DNA of 64,000 nt from Octopus bimaculoides (GCF_001194135.2 NC_068982.1:3174198-3238197), one strand, 5' to 3'. Counted from the stretch's first letter, positions 12,955 through 25,039 are shown. Translations and numbers: made by a program. Notes: generated from the letters alone by a model not told the origin.

Positions 12955-14184
12955 CTATTAACAAAAACAATAATAACTTACTTTAAAAAAAACCTTATTC
13001 TTCCAGTAGTAGATTCGTTCCAGTAACCAAGCTCCTATGTAGTCCTTTAGTCTGCTTAAAATAATTGCCAAACACTCTTCAAAAAACACTTGAAAATGTG
13101 GCGAATACAGAAGAGAATGTAGTTCCGGATGCCCTACAAAATCATTTAAGTCCTTGCTAGAACTTCTTTGATCATGGATCTCTTCAAACAATTATGGTCT
13201 GAGACGGCACAACAACAATGAGGTCTTCACTTAAAAACATTGACTTCTCACGTTCATGTAACTTGAGATCTGCGATGGAATAATTTTACGCCTTCCAAAT
13301 TACTTTGTCGATATTGCGATTACACATAAAGAATGATTAATGCTTCTGTCTTATATTTCCAGAATTAAGACGAAACGTTTAAATAATTCATTATCTCTTC
13401 AAAAAGTTCAATGGATTATCGTAAATTTAATCTCTGTGAGGTCCAATAGTATGTTGAGAGAATTTAGAATATCCAATGGAACTGACAGATGCTGCATAAA
13501 TTATGTGTAGTGAATATATATTATGTGAATCTAGTAAAGTTTGGTTTACATATTTTATAGTATTTATATCATTCTTCACATCATCTATGACATTCTTAGA
13601 TTTATAAATAACGTATTGTAGAGAATGCATAATTGCTTAAAAGATGTGCATTAGAAATATCCATATTTGAATATCGTACCTTTCTTGTATCTGACGTATT
13701 TGAATATTGGGATAAATAAGAAATAAGTCGATAATGCATAAACAGTACACGTTGTATGTTTTAGTTCTTCGATTGTTTTTTTTTTCCTGTTGGTGCTGTT
13801 GTTATCAGTGTGTAAAATGTCTCCAGTAGTGACAATATCGAAATGTCTGTCATATTTGCATCGGTGGGGCTCTTTCATGTAAATCGATAACAGCAGCTGC
13901 AAAATATATAATCTTATGAATAGGAAATGCAACAAGTCTCTAAATATATAACCTGAAAAATAATTCATACACACAAGAAAATGTCAAATATATACATCAA
14001 GACTGTGCCCGAGTAAAGTCCACACTATTTCCATAGAAAAACCTTCTATCAAAATAGCAGCACACAATACTTGCAGATTTGCCTGGGGCTACTGCCGGAC
14101 CTCAACCATCAAATAAAGAGAAAATATATAGAAGTTCAGATGTTTAATAGAAGTCTTTTGAACGTCCGTATTGATAGACATACA

Positions 14185-14209
14185 GACAGACAGACAGATA
14201 TATAGATAA

Positions 14210-14263
<54 letters not shown>
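14185..14263. repeat. (GACA)/(GATA)n microsatellite
   Basis: Directly visible. Confidence 0.95.
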
Positions 14264-14264
<1 letters not shown>

Positions 14265-14782
14265 TCCATATTTCAATTTGCATATGCATGTATAGATATA
14301 AATATATTCGTATATTTATATGCCCATACAAATCTGTATGTATATATATATATATATATATATATANNNNNNNNNNNNNNNNNNNNNNNNNNNNNNNNNN
14401 NNNNNNNNNNNNNNNNNNNNNNNNNNNNNNNNNNNNNNNNNNNNNNNNNNNNNNNNNNNNNNNNNNNNNNNNNNNNNNNNNNNNNNNNNNNNNNNNNNNN
14501 NNNNNNNNNNNNNNNNNNNNNNNNNNNNNNNNNNNNNNNNNNNNNNNNNNNNNNNNNNNNNNNNNNNNNNNNNNNNNNNNNNATATATATAATATACATA
14601 TACATATATACATATCCATATACATATGTATATATGTATGTATATATGTATGTATATATATATATGTGTATGTATATACATATACATATAGATATGTATA
14701 TATGTATATATATATATATAATATAATATATATATAGGGACCGGGCAAAAGGTGGGGTTGTTTTACCCTATGTATATATAAT

Positions 14783-14821
<39 letters not shown>

Positions 14822-14822
<1 letters not shown>

Positions 14823-15105
14823 TCATTCATTCATTCATTCGGTTCTCATTGTGCCTTGTGGTACTTGAGGCGACTGCAAGATCATTCCACCTTCTAACAC
14901 TGAAAGCGTCTTTGACATCTTATTCCATTGTTAACCCTCTTGGTTTTTAAGATCTGTTACTGTACTCCGCCACGTTTCCTTTGGTTGAGCATGTCTTCTC
15001 CTACCCTGTGGAACCCATTGCAAAGCGATCCTGATAACTGAATTCGGTTTATAGCGACAAACGCGACCCGACCATTTTCATCTCCTTGCTTCAAGAGTTT
15101 CTCTT
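14822..15105 (-). mobile_element. RTE-clade LINE 3' end
   Basis: Minus strand: LEARR*KWSGRVCRYKPNSVIRIALQWVPQGRRRHAQPKETWRSTV...RRWNDLAVASSTTRHNEN, followed by a (GAAT)n tail. Confidence 0.8.
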
Positions 15106-15109
15106 ATTA

Positions 15110-15375
15110 ATTTCACATTAGCTTTGCTGAGCAGATCACGGTTAACGAAGTCGTAAAAGGTGTAAATTAGACAAATGGAAAATCATCAGGATCAGTCAGA
15201 GTTTGTGATGAAATGCTTAAAGCAGAATTCAAAGCATTACCATTTATTTTCCCAAATATTTTACAAAATATCTTGATCAGTGAGAAAAAACCGAACAACT
15301 AGCAAAAAAGGATTCATTGTGAAATTACCAACGAAAGATGCTGCATCAAACTCTAATAATTGGAAAGGAATCACT
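15110..15375 (+). mobile_element. RTE-clade LINE, RT N-terminal fragment, opposite orientation to the adjacent 3' end
   Basis: EQITVNEVVKGVN*TNGKSSGSVRVCDEMLKAE...IVKLPTKDAASNSNNWKGIT matches the RTE pattern ITLEEV..A...KNGKAPG.D...EMLKA...GLIVKLPKKG....NNWRGIT. Confidence 0.75.
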
Positions 15376-15879
15376 ATATATATATATATATATATATANN
15401 NNNNNNNNNAAACCAGGAAGCGATAAATAAGTAAACGTTTAAACGTAGAGTATTCTTTCTTGAATTAATCTTAACGGAATAGCTTAAAATCTTCCAGTAT
15501 TTCGAATTTCATATCACCAATCTTTTTGCTGGCAATGTGAGCTAGCTTGATAACTCTTAAATAATAACATGTTTCAATATGTTTCTTATAAGACAGCGTG
15601 CCGGAAATAACCCGTATTTTAATATCTTTATAAAGAAAAAAGGCACGGGAGGAATGTTTTTATAAAAATTACTCTTTGGAGATCACATTCTCCATCTCCT
15701 TCCTGGCTGTCTTCTCTACACAATATATCTAAACGTCTATAAGTCTTTTATGAATCGTTAGATATAGAAACAAGGTGGGCTTTTGCTGTTTAAGCAACTT
15801 TTTGAAAATAGTCGTCAAAAGTGTATTGCAACTTCGAAATAAAGGTTTCCAATTTCCTCTTTTTATGTGAAGAATCGTC

Positions 15880-16388
15880 ACACTCATGCTTTATAATACT
15901 TACATAAAAAATAATTTTGTATCATGTTTACAATGACACTGACAATGTTTGGAAAAAATTTCCTATTTTCTCGCTCAATGGTCATACGGCATTTTAGGTG
16001 TAAAGCTACATTTCCTATAAACTCGTGCTTTATGCGAAACCAACCAAGTAATTTTAATTCGTGTAGTCTTCCCTTGCGTAGGAACATATAAACTTCGACA
16101 AAGATGAGGACGCAAGATATCAACGTTAACGGATGAATATTTATGGTTATCGTATCGATTTTTAAATGCCAATTCATTTTCCCCAATATATACTTTCGCT
16201 TATTCGTTGCTTATAGGTTTTGTCATTAGCGTCTATATTGTAGACTTTGTCAAACAAATGTCGTCTAGAGGTTAATTTTTGCGGTATATACAATTGTTCG
16301 ATAACTTTTCAGATGACGTCTTCCAACTTGTTTTATTCAGCTGTCCAACCTTGTAATTTCTCGCATAACAATGTTCCTATTTAACAGC

Positions 16389-16436
<48 letters not shown>

Positions 16437-17050
16437 ACAAGAATTAATATTCGTCTATTTTTATAGAAACAAAAGGGTTTATAGAACTGCAAAAGAAGTG
16501 CTAAAATATAAATGAGACGAAGATAAAGAGGCATTGGTTATAGAACAAACATTAAATTTGGGACATTAATTTTATTTTATTTTATTTTTATCTTTATTTT
16601 ATATTTGTCTATTAGGTTTTTGGGTAGTTTTTGAATTTTTAACCATTTATATTTAACATTTTTGATAGGCCGTTCTATTTGTATTTTATTCGATTATATA
16701 CTTTTACCTTCTGTGGTTTTATGTATATGTATTCTTTTTATATGAACCATGGTGATTTTTATATATGATTAAATGTTTGAGTGGAGGTGTTGTATGTAAA
16801 GTCGTTGACCCAAATTTCATGTTTGTTCTATAACCAATGCTTCTCATATATATATGCGCTTTCACAGGAATGTATATTATCCAAGCGTACACAGGTTTAG
16901 CTCCATATCGATTAAAATACTTGGAATCCATTAAATTGTGTTAGTATTAGTGTTAACACTTATGAAGTTCCAGTAGACGTTATACATGTTGTCATCGATT
17001 CGATATAGGAGAACAGGATTTACTTAATATGATATAGGGAAAATTAAGAG
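15880..17050 (-). mobile_element. Penelope-like element relic (RT thumb, linker, GIY-YIG), rearranged
   Basis: Minus-strand translation gives FISVNTN...IPSIL...KAHIYMRSIGYRTNMKF (thumb), then NNCIYRKN*PLDDICLTKSTI...KVYIGENELAFKNRYDNHKYS...IKITWLVSHKARVY...CKH (endonuclease). It is interrupted by (TA)n at about 16393-16432 and by an inverted segment. Confidence 0.8.
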
Positions 17051-17920
17051 TTTGAACACAGAAAATAATCAATTTATTTATATAATAGTCAATTTCATAT
17101 CGCCTGCGTACGTTTCAGTTTCTTACCTTCATTCATATTTTGCAATTCAGATTGCATTATGCATTTAAAAGGTAAAAATTCTCTTCAGGACAAAAACCGA
17201 CAAAAATTCATTCCCATCTTAATGGATGGAGAATTGCTTGCCAACTGAAATAGAAGCATAGGTTTGTGTGTTTGTTTGTGTCAGCATGTGTGTATTTTGG
17301 CTGCCTTTCTAAAAATAGCTTGGTGTTAAACTACGGCCACAGTGGACAATGGCTACTATTGTATTTGAGGAACTAGGTCATACTACCATTCCCTTTAATG
17401 GAATTTATATCGGTTTCATAAAGGCTGGCTACCACTCCTTTCTTTACTCACTTGTGAAAGGAATACAAATGAAAATATATAGAGTAGCAAGAATCCAAAT
17501 CAATATATTTATTTAACATCTACTTTTTAGTTGTGAGAATTTCAAATCTTATAATTTTTATTTATTTAGATGTATTAGTCTTATTTGTTGATAGTTTAGG
17601 TTATTGTAGTTTTTAAAATTAACTCTTATATATAAAAACAATTTAATTTAAACTATATATATATATANNNNNNNNNNTATATATATAAATATATATATAT
17701 ATAAGTTAGAAATGTAAGCCAAAATGATAAATTGAGCAATTAAATAATTTAATCATTAAATGATAAATTCAATTTTTATTTCATGCAAACAAATGACACA
17801 TCTCGTAAATTAATATAAACACACACACATATACACACATACATGTGTACATATGTATATATTCATATATATAGATACATATATACATACATATACATAC
17901 TTATATATGTGTGTGTGTTT

Positions 17921-17976
17921 GTGCTCCAACATGGCCGCAGTCAAATGACTGAAACAAGTAAAAGAGTAAAAGAGTA
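17921..17976 (+). mobile_element. SINE family B 3' tip
   Basis: gtgctccaacatggccgcagtcaaatgactgaaacaagtaaaagagtaaaagag. Confidence 0.8.
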
Positions 17977-18674
17977 TCTAATTTGTTTATCCGTATGCCT
18001 TAGTACCATCGCAAATCGCATATCTACTTTGAAACGTCCCTGCCTGTTTTTCGTATCCAACATATCGTACTTTTATAGGAAAACAATTACTTTTCATGCT
18101 TTTATGGTACTTTCGCTAATATCTGGAATACTTTCCCCAAAATCTGAAACCTTCTTTCAAAAACCGTGATTATTGACGAAGAAAAGTTTGCTATATTGAA
18201 GGGCAAAAAATTCCTTCCATTTTACTCCGCGAAATTATTCAGGCACAAATGTTTTTCACCATAATTTCAAAGCAGACAGTACTTTTGCGCTGAAAATTAT
18301 TTTCTTTTACATTCATCTGCCTCCTGTACCTAATTCAGGATTAGCTGATTGTATCAATCTACACCAGCGCCCCACCACTATTTTTATGTATAGCTAAAAA
18401 GTTTATATTTTATTAATTTATATATACTGTGAATCATTTGATATTTAATATATAATTTGCATGCAATACTATAATAATATTATAAATTCATAAGCGTTCC
18501 CCAATTCACTCCTCTTTCTTCCAATGCATCATTTTTATCTCCCGTCCCCTCAGACACCAGCGTCCACCTGTAACTTCTCTACACAATCAATCTATGATCT
18601 ACACAATCAAAGAGAACCGAGCGCAATCTGCTTTATCATTGCAAGTATAGATATAGGTAGATTCATATAATTTG

Positions 18675-18854
18675 TTTTTTAATCTGCTTGTTCTCATCAA
18701 GACTGCGGCCATGCTGGGAGAACTCCTTGGAAGGTTTTAGTCAAATAAATATACCCCAGAACTTATTTTGTAAAGTCTGGTACTTATTCGGTCATTTGCT
18801 TATATTTGTTGAATTGCTGAGTGAACTGCTAACACCAGTGTGCTAAGTGATAGG

Positions 18855-18894
<40 letters not shown>

Positions 18895-19012
18895 TGTTTC
18901 CGTCAACCAAATCCAGTCACAAGACATTGGTCGGCCCGGCAGAAGACACCTGCCCAAAGTGCCGCAAGTGCTAGCGAGCCTGAGATTGAGAAGCGAACGA
19001 CTTATCACAGTC
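18675..19012 (-). mobile_element. SINE family B, degraded
   Basis: ctgcggccatgctgg...(CA)n...ccaaatccagtcacaagacattggtcggcc...agaagacacctgcccaaagtgcc. Confidence 0.75.
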
Positions 19013-19028
19013 ATGATCGCTAGCAATC

Positions 19029-19143
<115 letters not shown>

Positions 19144-19354
19144 AAGTTTCTAGAACGTTGACTTCAGATTTTGAATGTAAGAGGCTTCATTGGACTGTAA
19201 TAATTGAAGTACAGATGATATTCCGGTAGCGTACCACCGAAGACAATGTTGAATTCTAAGAGATGGCATTGATCAAATGATGTCCTCATTACAAATGCAA
19301 AACATTGCCAAGGTGAACAATGGTGTCCGTTGAACATGCAAGTGTGTGTGCGTG

Positions 19355-19427
<73 letters not shown>

Positions 19428-21017
19428 GTGAGCATATATGCTCGTCTTTATATTGAAATGGTTTTATCTAAGAGTGAAATCTAAGTTGCGAATGATCTTT
19501 TCTAATCAAATTTAAACATTCTACTTTGGTGCTTGTAAACAAGGACAAAGATTGAAATGTTTTGGTCAGACCGTTTATATACCTTTTCAAGAAGACACCA
19601 TTAACTTGACTAAGAACTCAACTTAGCAAATCTAATACATTAATCCCTACAGCAAATGTTTTTGTTTCTTCGAGACTTAATAAGAAAATACATTCACCTA
19701 TGAAATCCTTGACTATATCATAAAAACAATTATAAACTAATCTCTTTATGTTGCCGTAGTAATTGTTTTTGCTCTGTTTTCTTGCATTTTCTTGTATTTT
19801 CTTGTATTTTCATGTAAATATTCTTTCTTTTTCTGGTAGCGGTTGTTATTCTTGTTGTAAATTGTTAGCAATATAATGACTTGCAGAAGCTTTCGGGCAT
19901 AACTAAGAATTTTGTTCTATAATAATTGGCCACACCATTAAAGTGTAATCATGCGAATAATGATATAACACGAGAAATGTCTAGCAAGAGATATGTGAGC
20001 GGTTATGTATATTTTAAGTGTGTCTTCAGTCCTTGTATGTATTTGTATGTATATGTGTGTAGATTTTTGTAAAAGAAAAAAACCCAGTAATATTATAGAA
20101 AAAGATAATCTGTGAAAAGGAGGACTTTGCTCATAGGCGTCTGCTTTGTTTGTAGAACTGTTTTCAAATTTAATAACGCTTGCAACTTGCTAAGGTTTTG
20201 TTTTGCAATATTATTTCGCACGCGACATAGTAAAAATTCCGTGGAGATCACATAAAGTTTCTGAACATATCAGCTACTATTTTTGAGAATATTTTTATTG
20301 TGCAAGTACCAATATTTTGCACTACTCGCCTGGGAATTTTTAATTATCTACATAACCGCCAATAATATTTGATCATATCCATTGACAACCGAGAAATCCG
20401 CAGATATTTTGACGGTTTATATAGTAGCACTGTTATTGAGTTACGGTCACCAATTATGGCTATTAACTCTACTGGTTTCTAAAATTTACGAACCGATGAG
20501 TACCAGTATTAGGGAAGTATCACAAATGTGAGAAGCACAGCTAGTTAAATGATGGGAGGTTTGTAAACTCACGCTAATGAGTTCTAAAATCTTCCTAACT
20601 ATAGAATTGAAAATGGTCAGTATCCAAGTTTGATGTACATTGTATATACACCAGACGAAGTGCAAATGTTCCTGTCGTGATGCAGCTTAAGAATAGTTCC
20701 TTGAGTTCAGGCGCTGCCACATTCATTCCACATATACGACTGGTTACTTACACAGTTATCCGCAATGTTGCGTATGATTTATTTAATTTGATGTATTATT
20801 GTACATTAAATGTGAATTATTATGAAAATATGGTTTATTGATATCAAATTGGAAATTAGAATCTAAGCCAATTTCTGATCACAAAGTTCAAAGGATTGCT
20901 ATAATGCATTTTAAAAACACTGAAAGTCTTAAATGCAATTCCAAATATATTATCTTTTATATTTAAAAAAACAAACAATTACATATTTTAGGAAAATACT
21001 TTTCACACCAAATATTG

Positions 21018-21222
21018 ATTTCAAATTTCGGCACAAGGACAGCAATTTCGAGGAAAAGGATAAGTCGACCTCAGTATTCAACTGGTACTTATTTTATCGA
21101 GCTCGAGAGGATGAAAGGCATAGTCGACCTCGGCGTAATTTCAACTCAGAACATAGAGGTAGACGAGATGCCGCTAAGCATATTGTTCGCCGTGCTGACG
21201 ATTCTGTCAGCACGTCGCCTTT
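21018..21222 (-). mobile_element. SINE family A
   Basis: Head, gagttgaaattacgccgaggtcgac domain and ttgtgccgaaatttgaaat tail all lie on the minus strand. Confidence 0.85.
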
Positions 21223-21877
21223 TTCGCACAAACTATTAAGTATCTAAAAAGAAAACTATAATTCGATGTACAGGTTACAATACAAATATTTTTACAAATC
21301 TTTCTCCTCTTGTCATACTGTCTTATCCTCAATCCCTTACGGGAAAAGAAAACACTTGCTAATTCATTCGTAGCCAGATATACTAACTTGATTAATACTG
21401 TAGCTGCAAATAATCTCCGTACACTCACTGGATTAAGCCTTTATCCTATAATAGGAAGGAATGAAATGTCTACTGGTATTTTGTCTGATTTGTCCAACGA
21501 TAGAAGTAACGAGGGAATCATATTTCTTCAATACACCCACAAATTCTGTCTGCTGTAACAAATTAAACTCTGAAATATTTGTAATTCTGTATAACAGAAG
21601 ACTTTATCGCTACTCAGATTTGCCTACTGTGCACTATAAAATAGCCACCTACTTCGAAAATATTTACAGAAGTGAAGTTATAGGCTAAAAAGATTATAGA
21701 CAAGTGCAGAAATGTTTATCGCTTGAGGTGTCTCTAACTAATTAGCCTATTCTATTTTAAGTGCTTCGAAGTAGCTGGAATGAGATATTGAAAAACATAC
21801 CTATGAGAGTGAGCGGTATTTTACAGTTTAAGTCAAAAGTTTTATATTGGTTTTTAAGGTAAATACTATATAAACAT

Positions 21878-21879
<2 letters not shown>

Positions 21880-21918
<39 letters not shown>

Positions 21919-21919
21919 T

Positions 21920-22000
<81 letters not shown>
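21880..22000. repeat. (GATA)n-(GA)n microsatellite
   Basis: Directly visible. Confidence 0.95.
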
Positions 22001-22761
22001 GAACAGATATTCAGGTGTCACATAATTGTGGCAACATTTAACATTATTATGATACTTCAATTCTTCTTCATGGAATAACTAATATATATGTGTTTGTATG
22101 TATGAAGGTATGTTTATACATACATGAGTGTGTGTGTGCGTGTTTCTGGGTTTGTATGTGCGAAGCGAGATAGAGACAGGCAGGCAAATACTCATATATA
22201 TATATATATAAATATATATATCCATATTTAAATTGAAAGCGTAAAGAAACACGAAATTTAATTATGAAAAAAATTGAAATATTTAGATTTGTTAAGAGAA
22301 AATAAAATGTCAACATTTTCAATTACGAAACATAAGGTTTCAATTATTAGAGATATCTGACCTCTTATTTGTTGTTGCTAATATTCTGTTTGTCGTATCT
22401 TGTCAGTTGATAGTTTTTATTGTGCAACTTGTTATTTAAGACGTAAATTTTTTTCACAAAATTGTTAGAAGAGCAGGGACAGCGAACAAAACTTTTGCAG
22501 GTCCTCCCAGAATAGTGAGATCAAAATTATTTGATTCCAGTGTGTTGGCCGAGGAGTAGAAAATAAAAGTGTGAGGGTGAGAGATTTCTAAAAGTAAAAT
22601 AACTGGATACGAATTAGGGTCCCTGGTGATGGGGCCAGACTATTTGGAATGGACGGCAAATGAAACGGTTGAAGCGGGTGAGACGTGATGCAGTAGTAGT
22701 TGTTCTTGTTGTAGCAGCAGGGGTTGCAGCAACGCCAGCAGCGATTTCAGAAGATTAATAT

Positions 22762-22949
22762 ACGTGGCACTCCGTCGGTTACGACGACGAGGGTTCCAGC
22801 TGATCCGATGAACGGAACAGCCTGCTCGTGAAATTAACGTGCAAGTGGCTGAGTACTCCACAGACACGTCTACCCTTAACGTAGTTCTCGGGAAAATTCA
22901 GCGTGACACAGAGTTTGACAAGACTGGCCCTTTGAAATACAGGTACAAC
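22762..22949 (-). mobile_element. SINE family D 3' part
   Basis: cagcctgctcgtgaaattaacgtgcaagtggctgagtactccacagacacgtctacccttaacgtag...ggccctttgaaatacaggtac is homologous to 28455-28740. Confidence 0.8.
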
Positions 22950-22983
22950 AGAAACAGGAAGAAAGAGTGGGGGAAAGTTGTGG

Positions 22984-23067
22984 TGTACTATAACCTCGGG
23001 CCAACCTAAGCCTTGTGAGTGGATTTGGTAGACTGAAATTGAAAGAAGTCCGTCGTATATATATATA
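22984..23067 (+). mobile_element. SINE family B central fragment
   Basis: tactataacctcgggccaacctaagccttgtgagtggatttggtagactgaaattgaaagaagtccgtcgtatata, running into a gap. Confidence 0.85.
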
Positions 23068-23221
23068 NNNNNNNNNNNNNNNNNNNNNNNNNNNNNNNNN
23101 NNNNNNNNNNNNNNNNNNNNNNNNNNNNNNNNNNNNNNNNNNNNNNNNNNNNNNNNNNNNNNNNNNNNNNNNNNNNNNNNNNNNNNNNNNNNNNNNNTAT
23201 ATTATATATTATATATATACT

Positions 23222-23316
23222 TTTATTCTTTTACTTGTTTCAGTCTTTTGACAGTGGCCATGACGGAGCACCACCTTTAGTCAAACAAATCGACCCCAAA
23301 ATTTATTCTTTGTAAG
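23222..23316 (-). mobile_element. SINE family B 3' fragment
   Basis: cttttacttgtttcagtc...ggccatg...gcaccacctttagtc...cgacccc. Confidence 0.8.
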
Positions 23317-23414
23317 GCGGCATCTATACTAGTAATATCGGTACACCCGGAAAATCGTGATGCTTAAGCTGCGTCTGGATTGGTCAAAACCGTATTCCAA
23401 ACATTCAGCTTGTT

Positions 23415-23468
23415 GGAGCCTTCTAAAAGGAGCCTTCTAAAAGGAGCCTTCTAAAAGGAGCCTTCTAA
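23415..23468. repeat. 14-bp minisatellite (GGAGCCTTCTAAAA) x ~3.9
   Basis: Perfect tandem copies. Confidence 0.95.
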
Positions 23469-23737
23469 GTCAGTTAGTTTACTACAGTTGTCAAGAACTC
23501 AGCTGTCAGTTAAATACATTTTGAAATCTGATGATTGCTACGAACGTATGAAAGCGCTAATTAAACTTTATCAACATTACAAAATACTTTTTTAATGTTT
23601 AACACCTTTCAACATTGTAAAAAAAATATTTTCTAAAAATACGATAAAAAAAAACAGAGAAAATCAGACCATGTTTTAACTTTATTCAACTGATATATTA
23701 TTCCATGCACATTTACACAAATTCGGAAAAAATATAT

Positions 23738-23946
23738 AGGCGCATGAGTGGCTGTGTGGTAAGATGCTTGCTTACCAAGTAGATTGTTCCGGGTTCCGTC
23801 CCACTGCGCGACACCTTCCGCAAGTGTCTTCTATGATAGCCTTGGGTCGACCAATGCCTTGTGAGTGGATTTGGTAGACCGAAACTGAAAGAGGCCTGCC
23901 ATAGATAGATAGATAGATATATAGATAGGTAGACAGATAGACAGAT

Positions 23947-24007
<61 letters not shown>

Positions 24008-24113
24008 TTATAAGTACTAGGCTTACAAAGAATAAGTCTTGTGGTCGATTTGTTTGACTAAAGGCGGTGTTCCATCATGGCCACTGTCAAAGGACTGAAA
24101 CAAGTACCAGAAT
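23738..24113 (+). mobile_element. SINE family B with internal (GATA)/(GA)n
   Basis: aggcgcatgagtggctgtgtggtaag...gggttccgtcccactg...caagtgtcttct...ataagtactaggcttacaaagaataag...gactgaaacaagta. Confidence 0.9.
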
Positions 24114-24146
24114 AATAGTATATATATACGTTGTATATATATATAT

Positions 24147-24321
24147 ACGATGGGCTTCTTTCAATTTCCGTCGATCAAATCCACTCACAAGGCTTAGGTT
24201 GGTCCGAGTGGTCCGAGGCTATAGTAGAAGACACTTGGCAAAGGTCTCACGCAATGGGACTGAACTAGAAACCATGTTGTAGGGAAGCAATATTCTTGCC
24301 ACACAGCTACAGCGCCACCTA
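24147..24321 (-). mobile_element. SINE family B 5' half, inverted relative to the previous copy
   Basis: Reverse complement: taggtggcgctgtagctgtgtggcaag...ttcagtcccattgcgtg...aagtgtcttctactatagcctcgg...ccttgtgagtggatttg. Confidence 0.85.
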
Positions 24322-24668
24322 TTGAATTGTCTTTATTTATTTAATTGTTTTTCTTTCAACAAAATATTCAAGAAAGCAGTTTTCTTGGAAAATCAAAAGG
24401 TCCATATTTTGACCAATTTGTATTGACACGTTTGTTTTAAAGTAGATTTCTTTGTTCACGTTTATTTTATTGAAATATAACTATTGTGTGAGTTTATGCA
24501 TCTAACTATGGAAATATGCGGGTGTATATATGTGAACAGCTATGTGCTCGTAGGTGTAAGTATTTGTATGAGTGTATTTTATATGTGTGTATGCGTATAT
24601 GTGTGTATGTGTATATGTGTGTTTGTACATGTACACGCACAAACATACACACAGACACACGTATATAA

Positions 24669-24714
<46 letters not shown>

Positions 24715-24728
24715 ATATTCATATATAT

Positions 24729-24960
24729 GGTGTGTGCCAGAGGGCTTGCAAATCCAATGGGGGTCTTAAAAGACATGTTAGGATCCACAATGAGCAGAAC
24801 TTACCTGCAAGTATTGGTAGTGCAAATCAGAGGTGCAATCTGTGTGGGTGTTTTTTCAAAACACTGTCTGGTTTAAAAAGCCACATCAGATGCCATGAAA
24901 GGGCTAAGGTGTAGGTGCAGGAGGTGGTCAAACTCTGTGTAAGGAGTAGACAACCACCAT
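24729..24960 (+). mobile_element. LINE (RTE-type) 3' end encoding two C2H2 zinc fingers
   Basis: VCQRACKSNGGLKRHVRIH and CNLCGCFFKTLSGLKSHIRCH, then a stop, a short 3' UTR and a (TA)n tail. The 5' end is truncated in a microsatellite. There are no TGEKP linkers. Confidence 0.7.
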
Positions 24961-24972
24961 ATATATATATAC

Positions 24973-25004
<32 letters not shown>

Positions 25005-25039
25005 CTTTGTGTGTGTGTGTGTCTGTGTGTGTGTGTTTC

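Noticed and set aside
13345-13385. GTCTTA/TAAGAC hairpin followed by GAAACGTTT
   Set aside because: There is no CTGANGA core upstream.
22984-23316. SINE B 5' half on plus and 3' half on minus across a gap, as a biological inversion
   Set aside because: The junction is hidden in an N-gap; two separate copies or a scaffolding error are equally likely.
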